Below are positions 27,536 through 42,074 of a DNA stretch of 64,000 nt, piece after piece (position 1 is the stretch's first letter; each line of letters begins with the position of its first letter). The translations under genes were made by a program, and so were the position numbers. Under the pieces are notes generated by a model. That model worked only from the letters and a program-made list of their open reading frames with translations. It did not search any database and was not told where the DNA came from. This DNA is from Eledone cirrhosa (lineage: Eukaryota), in assembly GCA_964016885.1 (NCBI GenBank), contig OZ024746.1, forward strand, positions 11,160,001 to 11,224,000, given 5' to 3'.

Positions 27536-28055
27536 TCATAGCCTTGCAAATAATAAGCCCACACTTGTATTATTATAGCTGAACCTCCCGCATCTATAAT
27601 ATAAGTACTCATGTGATTGGTTGATCCACCTCTTGTGTAAGAGAGAAAACTATGGAAAGCCAGAAATGCAGTCTTTCTGCGAATCGGATTTTCTGGTTTA
27701 CTGAAGTCCTTAACAATACTGACAATTTATACAATTTTTCCGAGGATATATGATAGGTGGACTGAAGGAAGACATGTGAATAGAAGACATGTGGATACGT
27801 GTTCGCTGATGACCTGTACCAAGTTAAACCGAAACCAATCAAACTATTCTCTTTTTTTTTCTAGCCACAAAATGATTGAATAGACATTTGTTTACATTTG
27901 TCCAATTAATTCGATTACGCTCGGAAATACGGATGAAATGCGTAGGACTACAATAAATATCCTCCATAGTATATTGATGTTGACAAAGCAAGAAGCTTAG
28001 TCAATCAATAATTAGTTGTTATAAATGTATGTGTTCGTATGAGATTGTGTAGGTT

Positions 28056-28094
<39 letters not shown>

Positions 28095-28133
28095 TATACA
28101 CTCTCTTTTAACTGTTTCCAGCCATATATATAA

Positions 28134-28205
<72 letters not shown>

Positions 28206-28300
28206 ATAATAATAAATTTGAAGACTAAAATCCAAAGCGATTCTTTGCTTAAACTTTAATCTGTTATTTTAATTAATATATATATTGTGTGTGTGTGTGT

Positions 28301-28364
<64 letters not shown>

Positions 28365-28369
28365 ATATA

Positions 28370-28446
28370 CAGGGTGTCCCCCAAAAATGTATACACACTT
28401 CAACAGCATTCTAATAAATATGTTTATACATTTTTGGGACACCCTG
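28370..28446. mobile_element. 77-bp Tc1/mariner-type MITE
   Basis: TA-cagggtgtcccccaaaaatgtata...tatacatttttgggacaccctg-TA. Confidence 0.8.
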
Positions 28447-29594
28447 TATATATACATATATATGTGTGAGAGAGAGAGAGAGAGAGATGAATGAGTAAGG
28501 GGGAGTGAATAGACTGCAATTGCTTCCCTGTTCAGTTGCATCACTTCGTATCAAATATCTTGGCTCAGTGCCAACAATAATAGATAATGGTTTTATTTGG
28601 TCATTGTATTCGATTGTACATTGTTGTACCTAATGTTGTATTCTTTATCTGGTCAATACAAAATATATCATTCATTGTTAAATATTTATATACTAATATC
28701 CATTGTTCGTTTTATACTAGCAGAACGCTGGGATTGGCAGAAACTTTACAATACAGTATTCAGCCATTTCATTTTTATAGACTGAGCTCAAATCCTTTTA
28801 GAAAGTTTATTCTTTATTTTTATACTTCTTGTCAGTGGTATGTGATAAAGTATAGATGGTTAATGAACTCTATTGAACTTATATCCATTCATTCGACTAT
28901 ACATCTCCAAAATTTATGACATCTTTACCAGTATTAGAAATCTGTATTTTCTTCTGTTTTCTGAGCAGTAGAATTTACAGAAACAATGGAATACCGTCTC
29001 TTTGATTCTGACTTCATAACCGGCTTTGCCTTTTCTTTATTCAGACTAAAATAAGTACCAGTCATATACTGGCCTTAACGTCTGGTTGGATTCTGTTTCT
29101 GGTCAAAATCAAAATAAATTATTTTACAAATCTACCAAGTATCGTTAGTTAGAGGGAGGGGGAGGGGAGAGGGGGGGTCGATAAAATAAAACCTTAGTTC
29201 AAGGTAGTGGATTGGTGGAATTGTTTGAGCGTGGATTGAGATGGCACTCAGTTTTGTTCCAGTTCTTAGAATCTCAGTTCTTATATGGTATACATAATTT
29301 GTCGCCCAGTTTAACACCACCACCTGAACCTCATTGTGTCTTTAACAGAGTTCACTCTGTTGCAAATATTCACTTTCGGACCATCACCTAGTAACAGACA
29401 AACAGTGAAAAGATTGATTATTGATAACTCATTTTTGTCATTACATCGTGTTCTTGGCTAAGATATTTAATTACTAAGTCCACCTACTTCTACGTTGCTG
29501 TTGTAGCCGTTGTAGCTGTTGTTGTTGTAGCTGTTGTAGATGTTGTTGTTGTAGCTGTTGTTGTTGTAGCTGTTGTTGTTGTAGCTGTTGTTGT

Positions 29595-29790
29595 TGTTAA
29601 GACCTAGATCAGCTCTGATCCAACAGGCCTATGATCAAAGCTTTTCCACTCGTGATCATTCTGTCTTTTATTCAGACAGTATATCTGTAACTAACAATGT
29701 ATCCTTAAAATGTTAAGAAGGTAAGCTTCGATTAAGAGACTTGGCTGCTATTTCTAACAGATCGAGTTACCACACAGATGCTCCTCCGCT
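29595..29790 (-). mobile_element. Old (CAA)-tailed SINE/LINE 3' remnant; relatives at about 20900-21555 and 32780-32970
   Basis: Shared gttagaaatagcagccaa..tttgatcataggcctg..tgatctagg motifs followed by (CAA)n. Confidence 0.55.
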
Positions 29791-30308
29791 CCCATGCCTT
29801 GTTATATCAATAGGCACGGTGGTTAGTCATTTTAAAACACTGTGGAAAGCATAAATAACGCTATAGATTTAGCAAGTATTTCCAGAGGAATACTTATCTC
29901 TCATCTACTTTTTGCTACCAGAGATAGCCATCTTGTGATGGGTTCTTGTAGTTCGAAAAGAATGGTTTCAACGTTGTTTTCAAATCCCACTGAATGTGAT
30001 TTTGTTTTCTTACATGAGGACTAAGAACGAAGTACTACACATTCTGGGGTCGATTCAATCGATTTTACACTACTCTTACAAAGGATTTGCCTTCTATAAT
30101 TGTAAAATCGTTTCAAAAATATATTTATGTTGTCAGATTAATTAGACAGGCCATCTTTAACAGACATGGCACATTAAGAATGATGAATTATTCAGTAAAT
30201 TCTATTAGATATTATACAGAACGAATTCATTGACACACACAAACACTCTCTCTCACTCTCTCACACACACACACACACTCATATATATATATATGAGAAA
30301 GATAGAGG

Positions 30309-30371
<63 letters not shown>

Positions 30372-31366
30372 GGTGAGAGAGACGAGCGGAGCAAAGAATT
30401 GAGAAAGATTGACAAGGCATATAACAGGAAATCAAGAGAAATGTGCAGTTTGATATGTATGTGTATGTTTGTATGTGAGTGTGTGTATATGTATGCATGC
30501 ATGTGTGTACGTGTGGGTGCGTGTGTGTATGTGTGTGCGCGTGAGTGAGGGCATATATGTGCGTGTGTGAGTGCATGCGTGTGTGTGAATATATAGGCCC
30601 ACATGTTCTGAGCCTTTAACATACAAATAAACATTAACCACATAAAATATATAACGTAGACACTTGAGCATTGATTAGTGAGAAACATAAGTCGAGAAAG
30701 AAGGAAATTAAACGAAATGTACTGAGATCGTCATTTTATCTTCACCGCAACACAGCAGCTGTTAGAAAAGATATTTTTAAAAAAACCTACATTATATAAG
30801 AATAAAGAAACCTTTCTTGTGAATGTATTGAATTTCTTATAATTACAGCAGAAGCGAAGCGAAGGTTGATAAGGACGCTGTAAATAACTTTCAAACTTTC
30901 AACAGAATTCGAAATAAATAAAACAAAAAGTGTTTAAATCTTTCATAGTTTTTTGTTGAATGTTTCTGTGCTGTAAACTACAAGATACATATATATGGTC
31001 ACTACAAATCCTTGTCAACAATAGACCATTACAATTTTATTTTTTAATATTTTTCTCAGCTTCATGTTCTGTATATCTTATATGGACAGGAAATATGAGG
31101 TATGACGTACCTTTAAAAACACAAGTAGCAGACAAATACAATAACACTCTGTTTTTCACTGGTATCTGTCGGTCACGTGATATGTCGTCTGCTTCTTCTC
31201 TTTTAGTCAGGTCATACATTATGCTACTCTCTCTCTCTTTCTCTTTCTCTCTCTCTATATATATATATCTATCACTATCTCTCTCTCTCTCTCTCTTTCT
31301 CTCTCCCTATTTCTCTATATATATCTCTCTCTCTTTTTCTCTTTCTCTCTCTTTCATATTTCTCTA

Positions 31367-31419
<53 letters not shown>

Positions 31420-31977
31420 CACACACACACACACATACTCACATACACACAATATCCCACATATATATAATATGTAATATATAAATCTTATTGTGTTAAA
31501 AATCGCAATAACTTTTCCACACAAGATGATTTTCATGTTGTACAAGATGAACGAAGCTTCAAGATATAAAAATAATTTACTAAAGCTTACAAATGCAAAG
31601 AGATTCTCGCAAACCAGTAAAATACAGAAAATATAAAATGACTGCTAATGCAATTAAGTTCTTAGAAATATGCTTCTATTAAAAAAAGCATAGTTGGTCG
31701 AGTTGGGTAAGATATCTAATACTCTACAGCCGACTTCACCTAGATATCAATAGATAACATGTGTGGTGTAGTTCACCACTATAGGCAGAAGCAATGATTG
31801 CAATACTGAGTGTTTTGTTAACTTGAAGTGATACGTTCAAATTCACCTGTGGGTTAAATGAAAGCATTCGTGGGAAGCCATTCCAGTATATTCCACTTTT
31901 TATATTTACACAAGAGCTGAGTCATAGGTTGTACCAAAACGACCATAAAAGTCTAAGGTCCATCAGGTATATAAATG

Positions 31978-32192
31978 GTTTCTTATATAGGCACAAGGCC
32001 AGTAATTGTGGGGGAGGGGAAGATCGATTAAATCGGCCCCAGTGTGTGACTGGTACTTTATTTTATCGACCCCGTAAGGATGAAAGGCAAAGTTAACCTC
32101 GGCGGGATTTGAACTCAGATCATAAAAGGCCGTAACTCTATGATGCAAAGCATGTTGTCCGACGCTCTACCGATACTGCCAATCGACCGCCC
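31978..32192 (-). mobile_element. Family A SINE with TSD catcaggtatat(a/t)aatggt
   Basis: Direct repeats at 31961 and 32194. Confidence 0.9.
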
Positions 32193-33134
32193 TCATCAGG
32201 TATATTAATGGTGAGTACTAGTCTCTAAGATTACTATCAAATCATAGATGACTATTAGTGTCCCTACAGATTTTCTTTTTAATAATTTAGTCAGATGAAG
32301 ACAGACGGTACCCATGGTCTTTGTAGACTTTCTCAGACTGGTTAAATTGATGGAGCTGATTCTCAGCATGTCAAAGTCTACAGTAAACTAAACCGGGGTC
32401 TAATCCAAATACTTGCAACACAGTTAACTCTCCTAAAGTACCCAAGGACCAAATCTTATTGGGAGTAGGATCAAACCTACCCTGAGGTTAGGGCTGCTTG
32501 TTAGAACATTTTCAGGAGGAAATATGCTTCCTCTGATTCGAGAAATACGTTCTAAGGGTCGAAATTCCTAGGATCTACTACCTGAGCTAGTAAAGAAAAA
32601 CCTCTATCAGCATCATATTAGATATCAGAGATAAATTTATTTAACATACACTAAAAAATATTTATGATACCAGGTTGTAAGTAATTAAATAAATAAACAC
32701 CACACTGAAACTACGTGTGGCAATAAAGTCGATTAAATTTCTCTCGGGACTTATGTTAACTTCGTAAAAAGAGGTTCAAATCAGTTGCTTAGAAATAGCA
32801 ATCAAAATTCCCTTCAAACACATCATGATGTCTTTAAAGGTCAAAGACATTTGATAATGTTGTCCTAAATATACTGTTGGAAAACAAGGATGATCATGAC
32901 AGAAACAGAAGCATCTTTAATCATAGATCTGTATAATAAGGGCTGATCTGGGGTTAAGTCACATCAACACAGCTCTTATTTTCTGAAAACACTTCAAGTG
33001 AGATGTTCCAACAATTTCAACCTACTAGTGTATTCCAACTGAAGTGAGCTGAAGAAAGTTTAATACCTAATGTGTGAATATGTGTGTATACGTGTGTGTG
33101 TCCGTGTGTGTGTGTGTGGGGGGGGGGGGTATAC

Positions 33135-33191
<57 letters not shown>

Positions 33192-33617
33192 GCATGATAC
33201 GTTTGTTCCTATCGTTAAATTCCTTCCATTTTCTATATCAATCTAACATATATATATATATATTACAACCGTGTATTCATTTAATTGTGATATATTATTT
33301 TCTTATGACTGTGAAGGCAATCCCATAATCCCTCAGTCACTAGAGATTCTTCTTCCTGATGTTTCTCTGTTTTTCTCTTCTTCCTGTTTCTCACTTTATC
33401 CCCATTCCAGATCCATCAGAAAGAATACCACGTTTGTTAAGCTTATAAACAACTCGAGATTTAGTTGAGAGTTGTAGTATAAGTTATTTATTATCTGTCT
33501 CACTCTATCTATCTATATCTCGCTCACTCTCTGTCTCTCTCTCTCACTCTCTCTCTCTCTCTCCCTCTCTCTCTCCGTGTGAATAGAGTGGGAGAATACG
33601 GTGAGATAAATATCCAT

Positions 33618-33653
<36 letters not shown>

Positions 33654-33686
33654 ATTCGATGCAATACTGATTCCTCATTCTTTATA

Positions 33687-33727
<41 letters not shown>

Positions 33728-33747
33728 TATAATACATATATATATGT

Positions 33748-33801
<54 letters not shown>

Positions 33802-33865
33802 AACTAAAACAGTGAAGAGCGACAGAGAGAGTAAAACAGTTAAATTATAGAGAGGGGGAATGATC

Positions 33866-33896
<31 letters not shown>

Positions 33897-34028
33897 CATA
33901 CATACAAAGTATAGATATGTGTGTTTTTGTGTATGTGTGTGTGTGTTTGTGTATGTGTGTATGTGCATGTGTGTGTCTGTGTGTTTTGTTTTGATGTTAT
34001 CCGGCAATTGGCGAAATCAGGTGTGAAA

Positions 34029-34132
<104 letters not shown>

Positions 34133-34464
34133 AAGACAGAATGACGGGTACACAAGTACAAAGATATACAATGTAAGCTTAGAAAATTATTCCGAAGTTG
34201 TCTGGCTGAAAGTGAAATACATACGGCCATACTGTCAATAAATCTTTTTCTTAGAAAGGGTGCCACAAGAGAAAATAGAGAATGAGGAGAAAGAGAGTGA
34301 GAGTAAAGAAATAGAGAAGACAGACAAATAAATGAATAAATAAAGAAGGATAAAAGAAGAATGAGAGATATGTGGTGTTGTTGTTAAATAAGTTTGGCAG
34401 AGGGAAACAAGATAGAGTGTAGTTAAATTCATTGAAGATGATAAAACCCAACAAGATTCAAATA

Positions 34465-34915
34465 ATAATTGTTTATACTTTTTGCACAAGGCCAGCAATT
34501 ACCCAGTGCATTACTGGTACTTTATTTTATCGACCCCGTAAGGATGAAAGGCAAAGTCAACCTCGGCGGGATTTGAACTCAGATCGTAAAGGGACGTAAC
34601 TATGCTGGAAAGCATGGCGTCCGACTCTCTACCGATACTGCCAATCCACCGCCGATTCAAATAATAATTCTGTTCTGTTAGATTCACGTTGTTTATCATC
34701 TCAAAGATTGGCGGTATCGGTAGAGCGCCGGACAATATGCTTCACAGCATAGAGTTACGGCCATTTACGTTCGTAGTTCAAATCTCGCCGAGGTTAGCTT
34801 TGCATTTCATCCTTATGGAGTCGATAAAGTAAAGTACCAGTAATACACTGGAGTCTAGTTGATGCACTTTCCCCTGCCTTCCAAATTGTTAGTCTTCTGA
34901 CCAAACCAGAAACCA
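34465..34915. mobile_element. Divergent pair of family A SINEs (minus 34465-34653, plus 34707-34915)
   Basis: Consensus match; TSD attcaaataataatt around the first copy. Confidence 0.85.
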
Positions 34916-35433
34916 AAATCTAAATATACATTAATTGCTAGAAACAATTCACACTTTTTCTGGTATTGTGTACACAGTAATTATTGTGAGAAAGCTATAG
35001 CTTGGGGTATATCACACGATAAATTAACTGTTGCATACCAATTGAATTACTGAAGGAAATATTTCAATGGATCTGTTGCTTAAAATGTATATTGTCAATC
35101 TTCTCCGGTATAAACCGCACCCAAACTTCGAGTCAACCAAGGAACGTTTGTATGGCCGCTCAAACTTACTACAAATAGCAACTGTATTTCCCTCGAATAA
35201 CACAGCGTATGATACAGATTTAGATATACAAAAAGATAGAACGGTCATGGTTAAAACGCTATATATTATACATAGTTTAGCTCAGTTAAGGCCAGAGGTT
35301 CACAAACATTTGGGGCCATCACCCCCCTTACAGTGACGTAATACCCTCGGCGCCCCCCCCCCCCCTATTTCCAGAGAGACCTGCCCACACGTGTGTACAG
35401 ACGAAACAAAGAGCACCCAACATACATACATAC

Positions 35434-35892
35434 ATGGTGGCTGCCAACTCGTTTTCGAGTACGGCCACTACTTTATATCCATGTAGGACAACCCCAACCG
35501 ATGCGCTGAACGAGTGTGACTATTTGGTCCAGCCAGCGACTTGAAAACTCTGGTACAAACACTACATTTGTGACAATTATTAACACATAGTGCTGGGCCC
35601 TTGGTACCATGTGACGACAAGTGAAGAGAGATCTCCAGATATAAAGCAATGCCTGTGCCGTGAAGCTTTTATAGTGAACAAAAGCACTGCACAAAGCCAG
35701 TCCCACTCTCTTAACCAAGATGATATTTACCAAAAAGAAGAACAAGTCAACATCATTGGATACCATCAGAGTTGCAGGTGTTATATCAGAGTTTTCCTTC
35801 TCCTAGAATTCTACCTTGACAAAGGCTAAGGGGTCATCTCTCCCGGTGATTTTGGATGGCCATTGACTCTTAAGAGCTTCTTTGCCCTTTGC

Positions 35893-35893
<1 letters not shown>
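35434..35893 (-). mobile_element. Non-autonomous RTE-derived element, copy 2
   Basis: Near-identical to 16116-16565. Confidence 0.75.
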
Positions 35894-35923
<30 letters not shown>

Positions 35924-35933
35924 CATACATACA

Positions 35934-35962
<29 letters not shown>

Positions 35963-35964
<2 letters not shown>

Positions 35965-36580
35965 CTGCAGATACTCCACTCTGATTACACCTTCAGATTT
36001 ATGCCTGTGGTTATTGGGGCACTGGGATATGTTAGTAACTGCCTCAATACAAATCTTGAGAAGCTGGGCTTCACATGAACAGAAAGAACACAACTAGTTA
36101 GGAAATTACAAGTACAATCCATTAATGGAGCAGTAAAAGTATGTAAAACATTCCAAAAATTTTGCATCTAATAACTGCATATACACATGTACAGATACAA
36201 AGCGTATGCACATGCACACATACAACTCAAAACGTACGCATCCACACATACAATAACATCTATACCTACACACACATGCATGCAGACATATCTACCTAGT
36301 TGATGTTGTGTAAATTCCGATGAGAGAGTCTTGTGTCTATGTTAGAAACCGACTCTCTCTCTATTGGCAAAAATGTGTGAAATTATAAACCCAGAAGAAC
36401 GTACATACGTACATATATACATACATATATACATACATACACACATACATAATGTATTTCATATTTACCTAGTTGCTGATGTCTAAATTCCAATGAAAGA
36501 GCCTTGTGTCTATGTTAGAAACCAGCTCTTTCTCTCTATTGATAAACATTTATAAAATAATGAAACCAGAAGAACTTACA
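35963..36580 (+). mobile_element. Dong/R4 3' fragment (35963-36400) plus a second 3' UTR remnant (36460-36580)
   Basis: Matches 15642-16070 (LQILHSDYTFRFMPVVIGALG); starts directly after (TACA)n. Confidence 0.85.
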
Positions 36581-36676
36581 TACATGATGTCTGCCCCCTC
36601 GTTATCGAGTATGGCCATTGCACAGAAGAAAAAAAAAAAAAATAAAATAAAAAAATAAAATAAAATAAAATAAAAA

Positions 36677-36709
<33 letters not shown>

Positions 36710-36729
36710 AATAAATAAAAGAAAAAAAG

Positions 36730-36778
<49 letters not shown>

Positions 36779-36846
36779 CATACATATATACATACACACA
36801 TACATACACATACACTCACACATATACACACACATACATTAATAAC

Positions 36847-36877
<31 letters not shown>

Positions 36878-36956
36878 GCAATAATAATAATAACGACAAC
36901 AACAATAATAATATACATATTCATATATATATACACACACACGCACGCACATAAGC

Positions 36957-36990
<34 letters not shown>

Positions 36991-38039
36991 GATAGCAACT
37001 AACAGTGCTGCGATCGAATGTGGCTTTTTAGCCCAGCCAATGATCTAAAATGTCTTGCACAGAGTCGGCAACCAAAACATTCACTGGGAATAGCCGGCTG
37101 TGGTTGGAGTTCGTGTACTTTTGCATGTCACTTGAGCCACATACATACATACATACATACATACATACATACATACATACACACATACACACACATACAT
37201 ACATACACACACACATACATACATACACACACATACATACACACACATACATACACACACATACATACATACACATACATACATACATACATACACATAC
37301 ATACATACATACATATTAAAAGATGTAAAAAAAAGAATTCCAATTTTAGTAATTTTATCAGAATCTCGTGAAAATATGTGTGTATCCCAAACTCTCATCA
37401 ACATGAGGCTATGATTATTGTATTGTGGGTGTTGATATTGATATGAATACAAAGCTAGAAATTGTGAAGTTGATAGCATGAAGCTGATAGCATCTCAACT
37501 GTTGGACGTGTTTATAAAAATAACCATCTCTCTTATAATCACGCTTTCTCTTAAAAGTCCCATTAAACGTCTGAATAAACATTAGGAAAGACACGGGATG
37601 TGTTTATATATACGTTACCCAACTAAACGACGTTTCATTTGATAACGACATAATAGAATTTCTGTTGACAAAAATCATTAGCAAAGCTACAGAAGGAATG
37701 TATATTGGAATATAAAAACACACTATCATTTTCATTTGATACATTGATTCCACGCGTGTTGCAAGACATTTAGAGCGTTAGTGATTCAAAAAACATCAGA
37801 CATCAAAGGCCTTTAAAAAAAAACAGATGAATTTATTAAAGCTAAACTTTATAATATAAATTATATTTTAGAACGATGATCATTAAACACTTGTGGCAGT
37901 ATCGGTAGAGCGTCGGACAACATGCTTTGTGACATATAGTTACGACGCTTTATGTTCTTAGTTGAAATCCCGCCGAGGTTAGCTTTGGGGGTCCATAAAA
38001 TAAAGTATCAATAAAGCAGTGGGGTTGATTTAATTGACT

Positions 38040-38070
<31 letters not shown>

Positions 38071-38078
<8 letters not shown>

Positions 38079-38485
38079 AGATCAAAAGATGGTTAAATGA
38101 GTTCCATGTATTTTATTATGCGCATTTCAAAAACAAATATCATCATGCAATAACATTTGTGTTTTCATCAGATAAAATAGGAGGACATGATATGAAGGTT
38201 AAAAAACACTTGTGGATAGTGCAGTTTTAAATCAACATCCATTAAAACTGCACTATCCACAAGTGTTTTTAACCTTCATATCATGTCCTCCTATTTTATC
38301 TGATGAAAACACAAATGTTATTGCATGATGATATTTGTTTTTGAAATGCGCATAATAAAATACATGGAACTCATTTAACCATCTTTTGATCTCATATATT
38401 ATGTATACTCCAGTCCTACAAACTGTAGAGTGCTTCTTATCCGATATCTGCATTGCTTTATTGTACTACAATAAAACTCACCTCC

Positions 38486-38490
<5 letters not shown>
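38071..38490. mobile_element. ~330-bp near-perfect palindrome plus unique arm (family H2), with one complete hammerhead on each strand
   Basis: Arms 38071-38230 and 38242-38400; HHR plus 38292-38362 and minus 38109-38179: tattttat-CTGATGA-stem II-GAAA-tgcgca-TA-ataaaata. Confidence 0.9.
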
Positions 38491-38553
<63 letters not shown>

Positions 38554-38803
38554 AATATATATATATATAAACAAATATATTATTATATATATACAAATAT
38601 ATTATTATATATATACAAATATATTATTATATATATATATATATACAAATACAAAGTCAACATACTATTGGTGGCTCAACCCAGCCAACAACAACATTCC
38701 TAAGCCTATCATTCAGACCAACCTCTAAAAGCCCAAACGGGGAACACCATGAAAAAAGGGTCCCAAAACGGAGAGAAATGAGGCAAAATGGGGTGATTTT
38801 ACA

Positions 38804-39775
38804 TAATTGTTTCTACGTTAGGCACAAGGCCAGCAATTACTCAGTGTATTACTGGTACTTTATTTTATCGACCCCGTAAGGATGAAAGGCAAAGTTAACC
38901 TCGGCGGGATTTGAACTCAGAATGGCAAGGGCCGTAACTCTATGCGTCAAAGCATGGCATCCGACATGATTTTACATAATGAAAGCTATACGCATTTTCA
39001 CAAGAGAATGCATCTCTCACCCATCCCAAAGTGGGTGGGAGATTTCCCCGTCTTCTTCTTCTTCTTTGCCCACTTATTCTTGAGAGAGTCGTGGAAGCAG
39101 AGTCATCACACACTCCTTCCAGCTGGTCCCGTCAGAAGCAAACGTCTCCAACTGATCTGGTTGGATCCCCAAGCTAGACCAGCCAAGCTCATGAAATATG
39201 ATGTTGATTTTCAAAATTAAACTAAGCCGATATGTCGATATGTAAACACACATTCGCCACCCTTCCCTACTTCCCTCCACATAATGCAGAAGTGAATTAA
39301 ACTACCAACTATGATTTCATGATTCCATATCCCACTTTTGGCATTTCATTGTTTCCGAGTATAATACACAATTTTACTTATCTCGATTAATTTTGCACAC
39401 TAAACTTTCTGGGGAATTACCAAAGAAACAGCTGTTTATTATTCGTATTTAGAACTAAACAAGAAACTTAAGGATTTATATAAGTTGTAAGAGATATCTC
39501 TTATCAACAATATGGCTATATTGTCAGAACTTCAGATAGAATGACGAGCAGTATTTGTTTCGACTGTCTGCATTATTATTTCAATCCCCTTGGCAGTATC
39601 GGTAGAGAGTCGGACACCATGCTTTGAAGCATAGAGTTACGTCCCTTTATGATCTGAGTTCAAATCCCGCCGAGGTTAACTTTGCCTTTCATCCTTACTG
39701 GGTCGATAAAATAAAGTACCAGTAATGTACTGGGTAATTGCTGGCCTTGTGCCTAAAATAGAAACAATTATTATT
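38804..39775. mobile_element. Family A SINEs (minus 38804-38966; plus 39590-39775) with TSDs
   Basis: TSDs tgattttacataat and ttattatttcaatcccc. Confidence 0.85.
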
Positions 39776-40755
39776 TCAATCCCCACCCTTCATCATTTTC
39801 CTGTAGGTAAATAAGATCCAGTACTGAGGTTGATTTCTCTTTACCCTACTCCCTCCCCACTCTCTACACTTCCTTTCTGAACTGGATTCTACCTGCAATT
39901 CAAATGTTGTCGTGTCACGTTCTACCATACAGTTGATTCACTTGGAAAATTACGTTAAGTGAATTATGTTAAGAAAATTTCGTTAAGAAAATTACGTTAA
40001 AAGAATTACACTTGCATGTTGGTTATACGAATAGAAATTCAGTTGATGTAACAACCGAATGCTCATCGTCGAAACCGACGAAGAACCATATTTATTCCAA
40101 AAATAATCACTAATTTCATTTTAAGTTTTTATGTTTGGATATTGAAAAAACAGTATGGAGATGTTTTAAAGAATAACTATTCCAAAATATATAAAATAAG
40201 AAACCATAGAAGGAAATATCCACTGCACTAAATCCTTCGTAAATTGGATTTATTGATCATAGAAATAGATATTTTATTGAATTAGGTTGAAACAAATAAT
40301 ATATTATGGAGAGTTTTACATGGGTATGAATTGTAAATAGCTGAGATTAACGCAAATACAGTAGAACATAGAATGGTTGTGTTGAAACTAGCTTGTTAGC
40401 TTGTTAGTTCACAGCATCAACAACAACAGCAACATTTTGTACCATCAACAACAACAATAACCGCAACAGTTTGCTACATCAACAACAATAACAGCAACAG
40501 TTCGCAGCATCAACAAGAACAATAACAACAACAGTTCGCAGTATCAACAAGAACAATAACAACAGTTCGCAGCATCAACAAGAACAATAACAACAACAGC
40601 TTGCGGCCTCAACAACAACAATAACAACAACAAACAATAACAAGAGACATTAACAACAACAATTGTTAGTTTTCCCTTTCGTTTCAACAATGAGTGTTTG
40701 GTTGTTTGCATTTCTGAATTCCTACGACACGGTACAACGTGACAAAAGTGGACTT

Positions 40756-41041
40756 TTAACCCTTTAATATTTAAATTACTCTATATATATATATTATTGT
40801 ATTTTTGTGGTAAAGGCTTTGTCTCACATAATATCTCACATAATATCTCACATAATATCGAATCTACGAGATTTTGATATTATTTATTTTGAGGACAATA
40901 CCTTAACATCAGTATAAGCGGCCAGTTATGGCCAGTTTGGATAGAAAGAGGTGAGAGAATTCTGGCCGGATACAGTCAGATTCTGGCCGGATACAGTCAG
41001 ATTCTGGCCGGATACAGTCAGTTTAAATACTACAGGGTTAA
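40756..41041 (-). mobile_element. piggyBac-type MITE with internal 21-bp tandem duplication
   Basis: TTAA-ccctttaatatttaaa...tttaaatactacaggg-TTAA; three copies of attctggccggatacagtcag. Confidence 0.8.
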
Positions 41042-41371
41042 GTTACAGGTTGAATCCTAAGAGAGTGGAAGAGATGGTTGTGTGGGAGGGGAAAAAATCG
41101 TCACCAATTCAGATTCAGTACTTAGATTGATTTCTCTTAGCCTACAGCCCCACCTCACCCCGCCCAACCTCCTTCGCTCTCTCGACACTTCCTTTCTGAG
41201 ATGTACCTGTAATTCGAAGGTTCAATCATATCACTGTCTCATGCAGTTGATTCAATTGGAGAATTAAGTTAAAAGAACAACGTTACATGATTTATTTTAT
41301 GTGAATTACGGCTGGAACCATGAGGCAAACTGACCTTGAATACTGAGTGATGTATACAGACCATACACACG

Positions 41372-41424
<53 letters not shown>

Positions 41425-41429
<5 letters not shown>

Positions 41430-41725
41430 ATCTATCTCTCTTGCTTTCACTCTCTCTCTCTATCAATCTATCTCTCTTGCTTTCACTCTCTTTCTCTCTC
41501 TCTCTCTCTCTCTATCAATCTATCTCTCTTGCTTTCACTCTCTTTCTCTCTCTCTCTCTATCAATCTATCTCTCTTGCTTTCACTCTCTTTCTCTCTCTC
41601 TCTATCAATCTATCTCTCTTGCTTTCACTCTCTCTCTCTCTCTATCAATCTATCTCTCTTGCTTTCACTCTCTCTCTCTCTCTCTCTATCAATCTAGCTC
41701 TCTTGCTTTCACTCTCTCTCTCTCT
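41425..41725. repeat. CT-derived minisatellite
   Basis: tatcaatctatctctcttgctttcac(tc)n repeated about 7 times. Confidence 0.9.
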
Positions 41726-41941
41726 CCCTCTCACACACACACACACAAACATTATCCTGCTATTTTTTATATTACATAAATATCTTCTTCTTTCTGTAAA
41801 AAATCTAGGGTCATATTTACATACCACCAAACACACACACACTCACACATACACAGACATACACATACGTACACACACACACACACATATACACACACAC
41901 TCACACACACACTCACACACACACTACCACACACACACACG

Positions 41942-41992
<51 letters not shown>

Positions 41993-42074
41993 CCACCACT
42001 AGCCAATTAGATAGGTCAAGGTTGTTCTGGAGTCTTTAACTAACCATCATCATCATCGTCAATATTACTCCCAA

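Noticed and set aside
27800-27845. Hammerhead candidate CTGATGA...GAAACCAATC
   Set aside because: Stem II and stem I do not pair
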